This document shows, piece after piece, positions 51,559 through 61,361 of a DNA stretch of 61,361 nt (positions are counted from its first letter, which is position 1; each line of letters opens with the position of its first letter). The stretch comes from Candidatus Dormiibacterota bacterium. Its GTDB lineage: Bacteria; Chloroflexota; Dormibacteria; Aeolococcales; Aeolococcaceae. Position numbers and translations under genes: made by a program. The notes under the pieces are model-generated. The model ran no database searches. It was not told the DNA's origin and was given only the letters and a program-made list of their open reading frames with translations. The DNA lies in the NCBI GenBank assembly GCA_036269455.1, contig DATARS010000209.1, positions 1 through 61,361 of the forward strand, read 5' to 3'.

Positions 51559-52326
51559 TCAGAGGTTCACCGCGGCGCGCAGGTCGGCGGCATGCCGGCG
51601 CGACACGGGGACGGTGAGGTTGGGCACGTTGCGGAGCTTCAGCAGGTAGGTCCCGTTGAAGAAGCTCTCGATGGTGAGCACGTGGCGGAGGTTCACCAGG
51701 TAGGCGCGGTGGACGCGCAGGAAGCCGTGACCGTGGAGCCGGTGCTCGAGCTCGGCGAGGGTGTGGCGCGCCTGAAAGCGGTCCTCGTGGGTGTGCACCA
51801 CCACCCGCTCGCCGGCGACGAGGGCGACCCGGATGTCGTCGATGTTGACCAGTACGATGCGGCCGTGGGCGAGCACCGGCAGCCGGTCGCCGATGGCCTC
51901 GACGTCGTCGTGGGCACCGCCGCCCCCCGCCCCGGCGGCGGAGGCGCCGGCCCGGGTCTCGAGCAGCCGCTTCACGGTGGCGCGCAGCCGCTCCGGGCGC
52001 ACCGGCTTGAGCAGGTAGTCGACCGCGGCCAGGCCGAAGGCCTCGACCGCGTAGCTGTCGAAGGCGGTGACGAAGACGAGCAGCGGCGGCCGCGCCAGCA
52101 GCCGGACGATGCGGGCCAGCTCGAGCCCGTCGAGCCCGGGCATGCGCACGTCGAGGAAGACGGCGTCGACCTCGGCACTCTCGAGCAGGCGCAGGCACTC
52201 GGTGGCCTCGGCGGCGCCGAGCACCTCGCCCACCTCGTCGAGCTGCCCGAGCTGGAAGGTGAGCTCGTCGCGCGCGGGGCGCTCGTCGTCGACCACGAGC
52301 ACGCGCAGGCCACCCTCGGAGCTCAC
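51559..52326 (-). CDS. LytR/AlgR-family response regulator (receiver + LytTR)
   Basis: VLVVDDE, AVFLDVRMPGLDG, VFVTAF, AVDYLLKP. LytTR part FLRVHRAYLVNL...VPVSRR. GTGA overlap with the kinase gene. Confidence 0.88.
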   Translation of the reverse strand: MSSEGGLRVLVVDDERPARDELTFQLGQLDEVGEVLGAAEATECLRLLESAEVDAVFLDVRMPGLDGLELARIVRLLARPPLLVFVTAFDSYAVEAFGLAAVDYLLKPVRPERLRATVKRLLETRAGASAAGAGGGGAHDDVEAIGDRLPVLAHGRIVLVNIDDIRVALVAGERVVVHTHEDRFQARHTLAELEHRLHGHGFLRVHRAYLVNLRHVLTIESFFNGTYLLKLRNVPNLTVPVSRRHAADLRAAVNL

Positions 52327-53522
52327 GAGATCCTCACCCCGGGACGGTACTTGGGGATGCGCATCCGCACCGAGGTGCCGGTGCCCGGCACGGAGTCGAT
52401 GTCGAGCCCGTGGGTGGGGCCGAAGGTCTCGCGGAGCCGGCGGTCGATGTTGGCGAGCGCGCCGCCGCCCTCGCCGCCGACCACCCCGGCGGTGTCGAAG
52501 CCCCGGCCGTTGTCGCGCACCACGATCCAGCACTCGTCGTCGCGGTCCTCGGCGATGATGCTCACCGTCCCCCGGCCGGTGCTCGACTCCATGCCGTGCT
52601 TCACCGCGTTCTCCACCAGCGGCTGGACCACCAGGGTGGGGACGATGGCGTTGAGCACCTCGGGCTCGACCTTGTACCGCACCGTCAGCCGCTCGCCGAA
52701 GCGCGCCTGCTCGAAGAGCAGGTACTGGTGGACGTAGACGAGCTCGTCGGCGAGCGAGGCGAACTCGTCCTGGGGGCCGCGGAAGGCCTTGCGGGTGAAG
52801 TCGGCGAAGAGCGTGAGCAGCTCACGGGCCCGGTCGGGGTCGGTGCGGATGAAGGAGGCGATCGTGGTCAGCGTGTTGTAGATGAAGTGGGGCGAGATCT
52901 GGGCGCGCAGGGCGCGGAGCTCGGAGCGCACCATGGCGACCCGCTGCTGGTCGGCCTGCTGGAGGCGCAGCTGGGTGGCGAGCAGCTCGGCGAGGTCGGA
53001 GGTGATCCGCAGCGCCGTCGGCCCCGGGGTCTGGGGGTGGTACGAGACCAGGGCGGCCACCGGAACGTCGTTGACCAGCAGCGGCGCCACCGCGGCCGAG
53101 CGCAGCCCGCAGCCGTCGGCGCCGGCGTCGTGGTGGAGGCGGAGCAGTCGGAGCCGGCCGCTGGCCAGCGCCTCGAGAACCGCGGCGGCGTCATCCTCGA
53201 GGTGGAGGCGGTGGCCGCCCGCCGGACCCGGGGCGCCGGGCTCGAACCCGAGCAGCCCGCGGGTGTCGAAGATCGCCACCGCCGCCCCCGCCTGCTCGGC
53301 GACCTCGGGGAGGACCTCACCGGCGCTGCGGCTGGTCAGCCCGCGGCGCAGCGCCCCCATCGTCGACGTGGCCAGGGCGAGGGTGCGCAGCGTGGCCCGG
53401 TCCTCGGCGGTGCCGAAGCTGCGCCGCTGCCGGCTCACCAGCAGGTAGACGGCGACCGCCGCCACGCCGGTGAGCAGGATCTGGACCAGCAGCCCTGCGA
53501 GGACCCCCATGGGCCCGATCAT
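52323..53522 (-). CDS. LytS/YehU-type sensor histidine kinase with a single N-terminal TM and a GAF-like sensor
   Basis: LRAQISPHFIYNTL (His_kinase H-box). QPLVENAVKHG. VRDNGRGF. One TM (GVLAGLLVQILLTGVAAVAVYLLV). No 5TM LytS domain. Alternative start 53567. Confidence 0.83.
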   Translation of the reverse strand: MIGPMGVLAGLLVQILLTGVAAVAVYLLVSRQRRSFGTAEDRATLRTLALATSTMGALRRGLTSRSAGEVLPEVAEQAGAAVAIFDTRGLLGFEPGAPGPAGGHRLHLEDDAAAVLEALASGRLRLLRLHHDAGADGCGLRSAAVAPLLVNDVPVAALVSYHPQTPGPTALRITSDLAELLATQLRLQQADQQRVAMVRSELRALRAQISPHFIYNTLTTIASFIRTDPDRARELLTLFADFTRKAFRGPQDEFASLADELVYVHQYLLFEQARFGERLTVRYKVEPEVLNAIVPTLVVQPLVENAVKHGMESSTGRGTVSIIAEDRDDECWIVVRDNGRGFDTAGVVGGEGGGALANIDRRLRETFGPTHGLDIDSVPGTGTSVRMRIPKYRPGVRIS

Positions 53523-53667
53523 CGGCAACCCGCGGGCGGGGCGCAAGCTGCACCGTTCGCGGCGCACCTCCGACCGCTCACCGGCCAGTTCCGACCGCTC
53601 AGCGCCGGGGCGTATTCAACCCCATGCACGTGTGCCTAGGGTCACGACCGGAGCCGAATAGGGGCGA

Positions 53668-55671
<2,004 letters not shown>

Positions 55672-55739
55672 AGCAGCCCCCAGTCACCTTCTTTCTCCAC
55701 CTCCAACGTTCACATCTGTCAGAGAGGAGACCCGGATAC

Positions 55740-56444
55740 ATGGCCACAATGGAGACAACCGGTCGTCCGCTGAGCGGTGCGGTCCCGGCGACGGCCGAAA
55801 CGGTGATGGGCCCGGCGGCGGCCGTGACCATCGCCGATCCGGCACCGCTGGGACTCGCCGGCTTCGCCCTCACCACGATGGTGCTGTCAGCGATCAACGT
55901 GGGCTGGATCGGCGCGATCAACGAGCCCATCGTGCTCGGCCTCGCCATCGCCTACGGCGGCATCGCCCAGTTCGTTGCCGGCATGTGGGCGTTCCGCAGG
56001 GGCAACACCTTCGCCGCCACCGCATTCAGCAGCTATGGCGCCTTCTGGATCAGCTTCTGGCTGATCGTCCAGTTCTTCGCGCCGATGGTCGCGGCGAACA
56101 CCGCCAAGGCGCTCGGACCCGGGGCCACGACGGCGCAGATCGCGGCCGCGACCGCAGACCACCTGAACGTCATCCTCGGGCTGTACCTGTTCATGTGGGG
56201 TGTGTTCACCGCCTACATGCTGGTCGCCTCGCTCGCCGGAGCCAAGGCGGTCCAGGTGGTGTTCCTCCTGCTGACACTGACCTTCTTCGCGCTCGCGATG
56301 GGGAAGTGGGACGCGAGCGAGAGCTGGCAGCATGTCGGCGGCTTCCTCGGCGTGCTCACCGCCATCGCCGCCTTCTACACCTCGTTCGCCGACGTCGCCA
56401 ACGCGACCTTCAAGCGGACCGTCCTGCCCACCGGCGCTCCCTGA
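55740..56444 (+). CDS. GPR1/FUN34/YaaH (SatP-like) acetate/succinate channel
   Basis: ADPAPLGLAGFALTT, GGIAQFVAGMWAFRRGNTFAATAFSSYGAFW, six TM helices. SD GAGAGGAGA upstream. Confidence 0.85.
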   Translation: MATMETTGRPLSGAVPATAETVMGPAAAVTIADPAPLGLAGFALTTMVLSAINVGWIGAINEPIVLGLAIAYGGIAQFVAGMWAFRRGNTFAATAFSSYGAFWISFWLIVQFFAPMVAANTAKALGPGATTAQIAAATADHLNVILGLYLFMWGVFTAYMLVASLAGAKAVQVVFLLLTLTFFALAMGKWDASESWQHVGGFLGVLTAIAAFYTSFADVANATFKRTVLPTGAP

Positions 56445-56495
56445 TCAGGCCTCGGGGGGGAGGCGCACGCCTCCCCCTCGGGTAGCATCCCCGGG

Positions 56496-57710
56496 GTGAC
56501 CGAGATCGGGGCGGGGCCGCTCGCGGGGGTGCGGGTGCTCGACTTCACCCAGGTGATGTCCGGGCCGCACTGCACCCGGATGCTCGTCGACCTCGGCGCC
56601 GACGTGGTCAAGGTCGAGCCGCCCGACGGCGACCTCACCCGCTTCTTCCGCCCGCGGGCGGGGTCGATCGCCCTGTACCACGCCCAGCAGAACTGCGGCA
56701 AGCGCAACCTCTCCGCCGACCTGCGCCGGCCGGAGGCGGTGGAGCTGCTGCTCCGCCTCGCCGAACGGGTCGACGTGGTCGTCGAGAACTTCCGCCCCGG
56801 GGTGATGGACCGCCATGGCCTCGGCCACGCGGCGGTGAGCGCGCGCAACCCCCGGGTTGTCTACGCCTCGATCACCGGTTTCGGCCAGCGCGGACCCGAG
56901 GCGGGCCGCCGCGCCTACGCGGACATCATCCACGCCGAGATGGGCGTGACCGAGATGATGGGGCGAACCCACGCCTCCCCGGACACGCCCTTCAACCACG
57001 CCGACACCTACGCCGGGCTCGAGTGCCTCGCCGGCATCCTCGCCGCTCTGGTGCAGCGCGGCCGCACCGGGCGCGGCCAGCACGTCGACGTCGCCATGGC
57101 CGAGGTGATGCTCACCGTCAACGAGTGGGCGTCGCGCGAGCTCCGCGGCGAGCCCGAGGACCCGCACTCGCCGGCCGGCGGCGCCGCCACCCCGCTGCTC
57201 ACCGCCGCCGACGGCCGGCGGATGGTGGTCACCGGCAACCCGGTCGGCCGGGGCGTCTTCGAGTCCTGGTGCCGGGTGATGGGGCGCCCCGAGCTCGGCG
57301 ACGATTCTCGCTTCGCCACCGACGCCGCCCGCGTCGAGCACCGCGACGAGCTGGTGGCGCTGCTCCGGGAGTGGGCCGCCGGCCTGCCCAGCGAGGCGCT
57401 CGCCGATGCCCTCGGCGCCGAGCGCCTCGCCACCGGGGTGGTGCGCAGCGTCGAGGAGGCGGGGGCGAGCGACTGGGCGCGGGCGCGGGGGGCGGTGGTC
57501 GAGGTCGACGATCGCAGCGGCGGGAGGATGCTCCTGCCCAACTCGCCCTGGCGCTTCTCGGACGCCCACAGCGGGGTTCGCGGCGTGCCCGCCTTCCGCG
57601 GCGAGCACAACGCCGAGGTGCTCGCCGAGCTCCTCGGGCTCGGCGCCGCCGAGGTCGAGGCGCTCGAGGCCTCCGGCGTGCTCAGCCGCCGTCCGCCTCG
57701 CCGGAGCTGA
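56496..57710 (+). CDS. family III CoA-transferase (CaiB/BaiF-like)
   Basis: GPLAGVRVLDFTQVMSGPHCTRMLVDLGADVVKVEPP, VENFRPGVMDR, YASITGFG. Confidence 0.88.
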   Translation: MTEIGAGPLAGVRVLDFTQVMSGPHCTRMLVDLGADVVKVEPPDGDLTRFFRPRAGSIALYHAQQNCGKRNLSADLRRPEAVELLLRLAERVDVVVENFRPGVMDRHGLGHAAVSARNPRVVYASITGFGQRGPEAGRRAYADIIHAEMGVTEMMGRTHASPDTPFNHADTYAGLECLAGILAALVQRGRTGRGQHVDVAMAEVMLTVNEWASRELRGEPEDPHSPAGGAATPLLTAADGRRMVVTGNPVGRGVFESWCRVMGRPELGDDSRFATDAARVEHRDELVALLREWAAGLPSEALADALGAERLATGVVRSVEEAGASDWARARGAVVEVDDRSGGRMLLPNSPWRFSDAHSGVRGVPAFRGEHNAEVLAELLGLGAAEVEALEASGVLSRRPPRRS

Positions 57711-57806
57711 GCGGGATGGGTCGCGCCCGTCGAGGCGCCGTCGAGAACCGGTGACAGCCCGGTCGCCGGGCGCGCCGGAGGCGGTACGACGCCCGACATT
57801 GGCGGC

Positions 57807-58145
57807 GTGGACGACGTCCAGCACTACGCCGAGGTGGAGCTGACCCCGCAGGAGCAGCCGGTGCGCGGCTGGCGGGTGGTGTGTGCGTGCGGGTGGACCG
57901 GTCTCTGGCGTGGCTCCCTCGCCGAGGGCGTCGCCGAGTACGACGGTCACCTCGCCGAGAACGGGATCATCGTCTTCGACGGCTCCTGGTGGACCCGGCT
58001 GCCGCAGCTGCAACCGTCCGAGGAGATCGCTCCGGATCCGGTCGCCCTCAGCGCCGCCTGCCAGATCTGGGCGGTCGAGGCCAGCGCCGAGCTCGACCGG
58101 CTCTGCCGCTGGGTGCGCACCCCCGAGAACGACCCCGGCCGCTGA
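57807..58145 (+). CDS. hypothetical protein (112 aa)
   Basis: High GC3 throughout. No recognisable motif. GTG start. Confidence 0.45.
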   Translation: MDDVQHYAEVELTPQEQPVRGWRVVCACGWTGLWRGSLAEGVAEYDGHLAENGIIVFDGSWWTRLPQLQPSEEIAPDPVALSAACQIWAVEASAELDRLCRWVRTPENDPGR

Positions 58146-58149
58146 GCGG

Positions 58150-58536
58150 TCAGCCCTCGTCGCCCTCGCCGGGCGGGCGCCACTGATGCGCCCATGCGGT
58201 CACCGCGGTGACCACCGCCTCGAGCTCGCGCCCCGCAGCGGTCAGCTCGTACTCGACCCCCACCGGCGGCCCGGGGATCACCCGCCGCACCACCAGCCCC
58301 TCGGCCTCGAGCTCGCGCAGCCGCTGCGAGAGCAGCCGCTCGGAGAGGCCGGGCACGGCACCGGCGAGCTCGCTGAAGCGGTGCGGACCCCGGAGCAGCA
58401 CCCGCACGATCGCCCCCGTCCAGCGCCGGCCGATGAGCTCGACGGCGTGATGGAAGCGGGGGCAGAAGGCCCGGCTGCGGACGTCGTCCCTCGCCTCCCA
58501 GGGGGGTATCGCTCCCATACCCGGAGTATGCCCCAC
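58150..58536 (-). CDS. HxlR-family transcriptional regulator
   Basis: CPRFHHAVELIGRRWTGAIVRVLLRGPHRFSELAGAVPGLSERLLSQRLRELEAEGLVVRRV...VEYELT. Confidence 0.85.
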   Translation of the reverse strand: MGHTPGMGAIPPWEARDDVRSRAFCPRFHHAVELIGRRWTGAIVRVLLRGPHRFSELAGAVPGLSERLLSQRLRELEAEGLVVRRVIPGPPVGVEYELTAAGRELEAVVTAVTAWAHQWRPPGEGDEG

Positions 58537-58590
58537 GGCTGATGGTTTGGAAACGGCTTATGAAAGGTATGCCGCAATCCCGGCGGGGCC

Positions 58591-59157
58591 CTAGTGAAGC
58601 TCGATGAGCCAGAAGTCGTCCTGGATCAGCTCCATCGGGAAGTTGTGGACGTCGTTGCCGCCGCTGATGCTCACCGTCGCAGAGTGGCCCGCGAAGGCAC
58701 CGGTGGCGGACTTGACGGTGTTCCCCGAGCCGCGGACGCCGTTGATGATGAAGCCCGGCTTCTGCGCGTCCGGCGCGATGCTCACCTGACCCTGGTTGAC
58801 GAGCGTGCCGACGCCCCACGGGCCCTGGGTGAAGCGGAACGTCGTGATCGCGTCGATGACCGCGCAGGGCGGCGGCGTCGACGTCGAGCAGGCGACGTCG
58901 TCGGTCGCGTTGCCGACCAGCGACCCGTCGACCATCGAGTAGAGGGGGAAGGTGAACTTGTGGCGGGCGCCGAGGGGATCGTTGTTCTCGTCCTTGGCGT
59001 CACCCCTGGTGCGCACCGCGATGTACTGGGACGGGATCGACCCCGAACCGGAGCCGGAGCCGTGGTCTCCGGCCGGTTGCGCCGAGGCGATCGGTGAGAA
59101 CGAGATTCCCACTGCCGCGGCCACCAGGGTGGCGGGAATGAGACGACGCAGGTTCAC
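58591..59157 (-). CDS. secreted protein, unknown function (188 aa)
   Basis: SD GGAGGAGG 6 nt before GTG 59157. Signal peptide MNLRRLIPATLVAAAVGISFSPIASA. GSGSGSGS linker. No family recognised. Confidence 0.6.
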   Translation of the reverse strand: MNLRRLIPATLVAAAVGISFSPIASAQPAGDHGSGSGSGSIPSQYIAVRTRGDAKDENNDPLGARHKFTFPLYSMVDGSLVGNATDDVACSTSTPPPCAVIDAITTFRFTQGPWGVGTLVNQGQVSIAPDAQKPGFIINGVRGSGNTVKSATGAFAGHSATVSISGGNDVHNFPMELIQDDFWLIELH

Positions 59158-59332
59158 GTGGTGCCTCCTCCGGCTCCATCGTAGGCGGTTGAAGTCACCA
59201 CACGGGTGTGGCGAGTTCGCGGACGCGACCCGACGGAGGAGCCTCCCGTACCGATGTTCGCCCGGCTACAATGCGGGTGGATCGCCGAACCACCGCATAC
59301 GCCATCCGCATCGGTGATCCACACGAGGCGGG

Positions 59333-59659
59333 GTGTCCACCAGCACGATCGTCCTCGGCGGCCGCAGCCCGGTCGCCGATCCGGTCCTCGATCACCACCG
59401 GGCGAACTTCCGGCCCCGGGTGGCGGCCGAGCCGTCGCCTCCGCGAGCCGTTCCGCGGCCGAGCGTCGCCGCACCGTCGGTGCGCCGGTCGGTGGGCCAT
59501 GTGCTGGTCCTGCGGGTCATGGCCTGCCTGATGTTCTGGGGCGTCGCCGGCACCATCTACGGCTGCTGGCAGCTCGGCAACGCCCTGGTGCCGCTGCACC
59601 AGCACGGCGAGGTCACCTGCGCGATCCCGAGAGGCGTCGGCAGCATTCCCGGCTGCTGA
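59333..59659 (+). CDS. hypothetical protein with one TM helix
   Basis: High GC3. VGHVLVLRVMACLMFWGVAGTIYGCW is a hydrophobic segment. Start uncertain. Confidence 0.3.
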   Translation: MSTSTIVLGGRSPVADPVLDHHRANFRPRVAAEPSPPRAVPRPSVAAPSVRRSVGHVLVLRVMACLMFWGVAGTIYGCWQLGNALVPLHQHGEVTCAIPRGVGSIPGC

Positions 59660-59761
59660 TCCGTCAATTCGCGGACGGGGATCCGCCCGGGCCGTTGCTA
59701 GACTGCCGCGAGAAGAGAGGGTCGAACGCCCGCCGGCGGGCGTTCCCACGGAGGTCGCAGG

Positions 59762-60118
59762 ATGCGGCGAGGTTCCCTGCTGCTGTTCATCGCCCCCGCC
59801 GTCGCCGGCGCGCTGGCCGCGGTCCCGCTGACGCTGTCCGCCGGCGTCGCGCGCGCCGCGGCATCCGAGTGTGCGGCGGGTGAGGTCTGTGTGTGGCCGT
59901 CGGCGAACTACACCGGCGGCGTGCAGGTGGTGATGGACGAGGTCTGCCACACCACCCCGGTGGGATCGGTTCACGAGGGCGACCCGGAGACGACGCAGGA
60001 GATGCGTGTCTACGCACAGCCCGGCTGCGCCGGGACCCCCACCGTGGTGAGGGCGGGGACGACCAATCCCAGCGTCTCCGGCCAGAGCTACCTCGACTGG
60101 CACGCGCCCGGCGCCTAG
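59762..60118 (+). CDS. secreted peptidase-inhibitor-I36-like (beta/gamma-crystallin-like) domain protein
   Basis: Signal peptide MRRGSLLLFIAPAVAGALAAVPLTLSAGVARA. Then CAAGEVCVWPSANYTGG...C...RVYAQPGCAGTP, the C-x2-G-x2-C-x-[WY]-x4-[YF]-x-G pattern I associate with that family. Ends at TAG 60116-60118. Confidence 0.55.
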   Translation: MRRGSLLLFIAPAVAGALAAVPLTLSAGVARAAASECAAGEVCVWPSANYTGGVQVVMDEVCHTTPVGSVHEGDPETTQEMRVYAQPGCAGTPTVVRAGTTNPSVSGQSYLDWHAPGA

Positions 60119-60685
60119 CTGTACGCCGAGTTCGCCGGGGCGATCTGGCATCCGAGCCCCAACTTCTGGCCCGGACGCGACGGCTGGACCGTCGACGGCA
60201 TCGTGATCCACGGCAGCGCCGGCGGCGACGGTCAGGCCGTCGCCACGCTGCTCAGCGATCCCGCGCGGGAGGCGAGCACGCACTTCGTGATCGGCCAGGA
60301 CGGGGTGGTGTTCCAGCTGGTGCGGCTGCGCGACTCGGCCTGGGGGAACGGGATCCCGGTGAGCCCCACCTGGCAGCCGGTGATCGCCCGCGGCACCGCG
60401 AACCCCAACCGGTACACGGTGAGCATCGAGCACGCCAAGCACTCCGCCGACAACTCCGACGCGGCGACCGCGGAGCAGCTCGAGGCGAGCGTCGCGCTGG
60501 TGGGCTGGCTGCTCGCCTCGCTGCCGGCGACGGGGCTGGCGGGCGATCACCTCCTCGGCTGTCTCGACGCCGGCGCGCTCGGCGAGATCGTGATCGGGCA
60601 CTGCACGATCGACTCGGTGACGCGGGCGCACTGCCCGGGGACGTGGGACTGGACCGGGTACCTGCGGCGGCTGGCGTCCGGTTAG
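60119..60685 (+). CDS. N-acetylmuramoyl-L-alanine amidase (Amidase_2/PGRP fold) lacking a canonical start
   Basis: AIWHPSPNFWPGRDGWTVDGIVIHGSAG, STHFVIGQDGVVFQLV, AWGNG, SIEHA, IGHCTID...CPG. The domain begins upstream of the first canonical start (GTG 60203). It is in the same frame as, and contiguous with, the preceding ORF after one TAG. Confidence 0.7.
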   Translation: MYAEFAGAIWHPSPNFWPGRDGWTVDGIVIHGSAGGDGQAVATLLSDPAREASTHFVIGQDGVVFQLVRLRDSAWGNGIPVSPTWQPVIARGTANPNRYTVSIEHAKHSADNSDAATAEQLEASVALVGWLLASLPATGLAGDHLLGCLDAGALGEIVIGHCTIDSVTRAHCPGTWDWTGYLRRLASG

Positions 60686-61026
60686 ATCGCCGTGGGGTGG
60701 CGCGGCTGGTAGAGCGTCACCTCCACCTCGCCGGGCAGGACCATGGTGATGGTGGTGCCGAACCCCGCCTGCCGCGGCTCGCCCCGGAACTCGATCCCCT
60801 TCGCGCTCAGCTCGGCGACGGTCGCGTCGAGGTCGTCGCACATCAGGCTCAGCTCGTGGTGCGGGGCGTCGCCGGGATGCACGCCGAGCTCGGCCGGCGG
60901 GAGCGCGAAGATCAGCCAGCCGTCGTGCGCGTCGACGTGCGACCAGCCCATGACGTCGCGGAGCACCGCTCGCAGCGCCTCCGGCTGCGAGGTGTAGAGG
61001 ATCGCGTGGACGCCGGTGATGGGCAT
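60682..61026 (-). CDS. glyoxalase/bleomycin-resistance (VOC) family protein
   Basis: MPITGVHAILYTSQPEALRAVLRDVMGW, LPPAELGVHP, GIEF, TLYQPRH. 114 aa. Confidence 0.78.
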   Translation of the reverse strand: MPITGVHAILYTSQPEALRAVLRDVMGWSHVDAHDGWLIFALPPAELGVHPGDAPHHELSLMCDDLDATVAELSAKGIEFRGEPRQAGFGTTITMVLPGEVEVTLYQPRHPTAI

Positions 61027-61167
61027 GCTCGTCCTCCGGTGGTCGGATGCGGCGGGCGGCAGGATGTCGCACCGGGAGTGTGCACTTCGACGTGGACGGT
61101 CTGCGACACCGCGCCTAGCCTCACGAGCGAGCCCCCGGCGGGGTGAGCAGATGAGGAGGGACGAACA

Positions 61168-61361
61168 ATGATCGCAACCACACCCGACATCCTGGCGGGC
61201 TCCATCCGGCCGAATCCGCTGCCGCCCAGGGACTTCGACGCGCGCCGGGCGACCCCGATCGCGCTGGTGCACTATGGGCTGCCGCGCCGCCCCGATCCCG
61301 GGGTCATGCCCGAGCTGGCGGCGCGCTGGGACGAGGTGTTCTCGCGCACCCACACGCACAT
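61168..61361 (+). CDS. hypothetical protein, 5' partial (runs off the window)
   Basis: SD GAGGAGGG 7 nt before ATG 61168. MIATTPDILAGSIRPNPLPPRDFDARRATPIALVHYGLPRRPDPGVMPELAARWDEVFSRTHTH. High GC3, no stop before the window end. Confidence 0.4.
   Translation, partial: MIATTPDILAGSIRPNPLPPRDFDARRATPIALVHYGLPRRPDPGVMPELAARWDEVFSRTHTH

Noticed and set aside
60116-60118. The in-frame TAG considered as a pyrrolysine codon
   Set aside because: No pyl genes or PYLIS-like context are visible in the window, and the lineage looks like an ordinary GC-rich bacterium. A nonsense mutation, read-through or sequencing error is far more likely.

Overview
Very GC-rich bacterial chromosomal segment. I saw no rRNA, tRNA, transposase, integrase or CRISPR. 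Most of the window is tightly packed housekeeping operons.

Gene content, left to right:
- An orphan ParA-type ATPase with a small coupled partner.
- A histidine operon, hisZ-hisG-hisD-hisB-hisH-hisA-hisF-(TPR gene)-hisI.
- An arginine operon, argC-argJ-argB-argD-argR-argG-argH, with an ARG-box operator and no argF.
- A minus-strand block: paired acyl-CoA dehydrogenases, a zinc-ribbon protein, a divergent metallophosphoesterase and a hotdog thioesterase.
- DegV, an esterase, a ROK kinase, coaX, dus, greA, lysS and serS.
- A methyltransferase and a PLP decarboxylase.
- A GT2 / DUF2064-like / DUF2079-like envelope cassette.
- An OmpR-type two-component system next to a His-rich repeat protein.
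- Rhodanese, arylamine N-acetyltransferase, an aminotransferase, an SDR epimerase and aceE.
- An acetate module: a LytS-like kinase, a LytTR regulator, DUF485, ActP, then acs and a SatP-like channel.
- A CoA-transferase, HxlR, and several small secreted proteins.

Gene starts were refined by hand from the ORF track. Nineteen junctions use 4-nt GTGA/ATGA start/stop overlaps.

No recognisable defence or mobile system is present. The best candidates for undescribed biology are:
1. The GT2-DUF2064-DUF2079 cassette and the neighbouring secreted-protein gene bracketed by two copies of a ~48-nt GC-rich hairpin repeat.
2. A small secreted His-rich (PKPHPTHT)n protein divergent from a two-component system.
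3. A small secreted Gly/Asn/His-rich protein with its own promoter and upstream direct repeats.
4. A signal-peptide/I36-like ORF and a start-less amidase ORF in the same frame, separated by a single TAG.
5. The ParA-plus-96-aa partner pair.

All family assignments come from motif recognition by eye. No database search was run.
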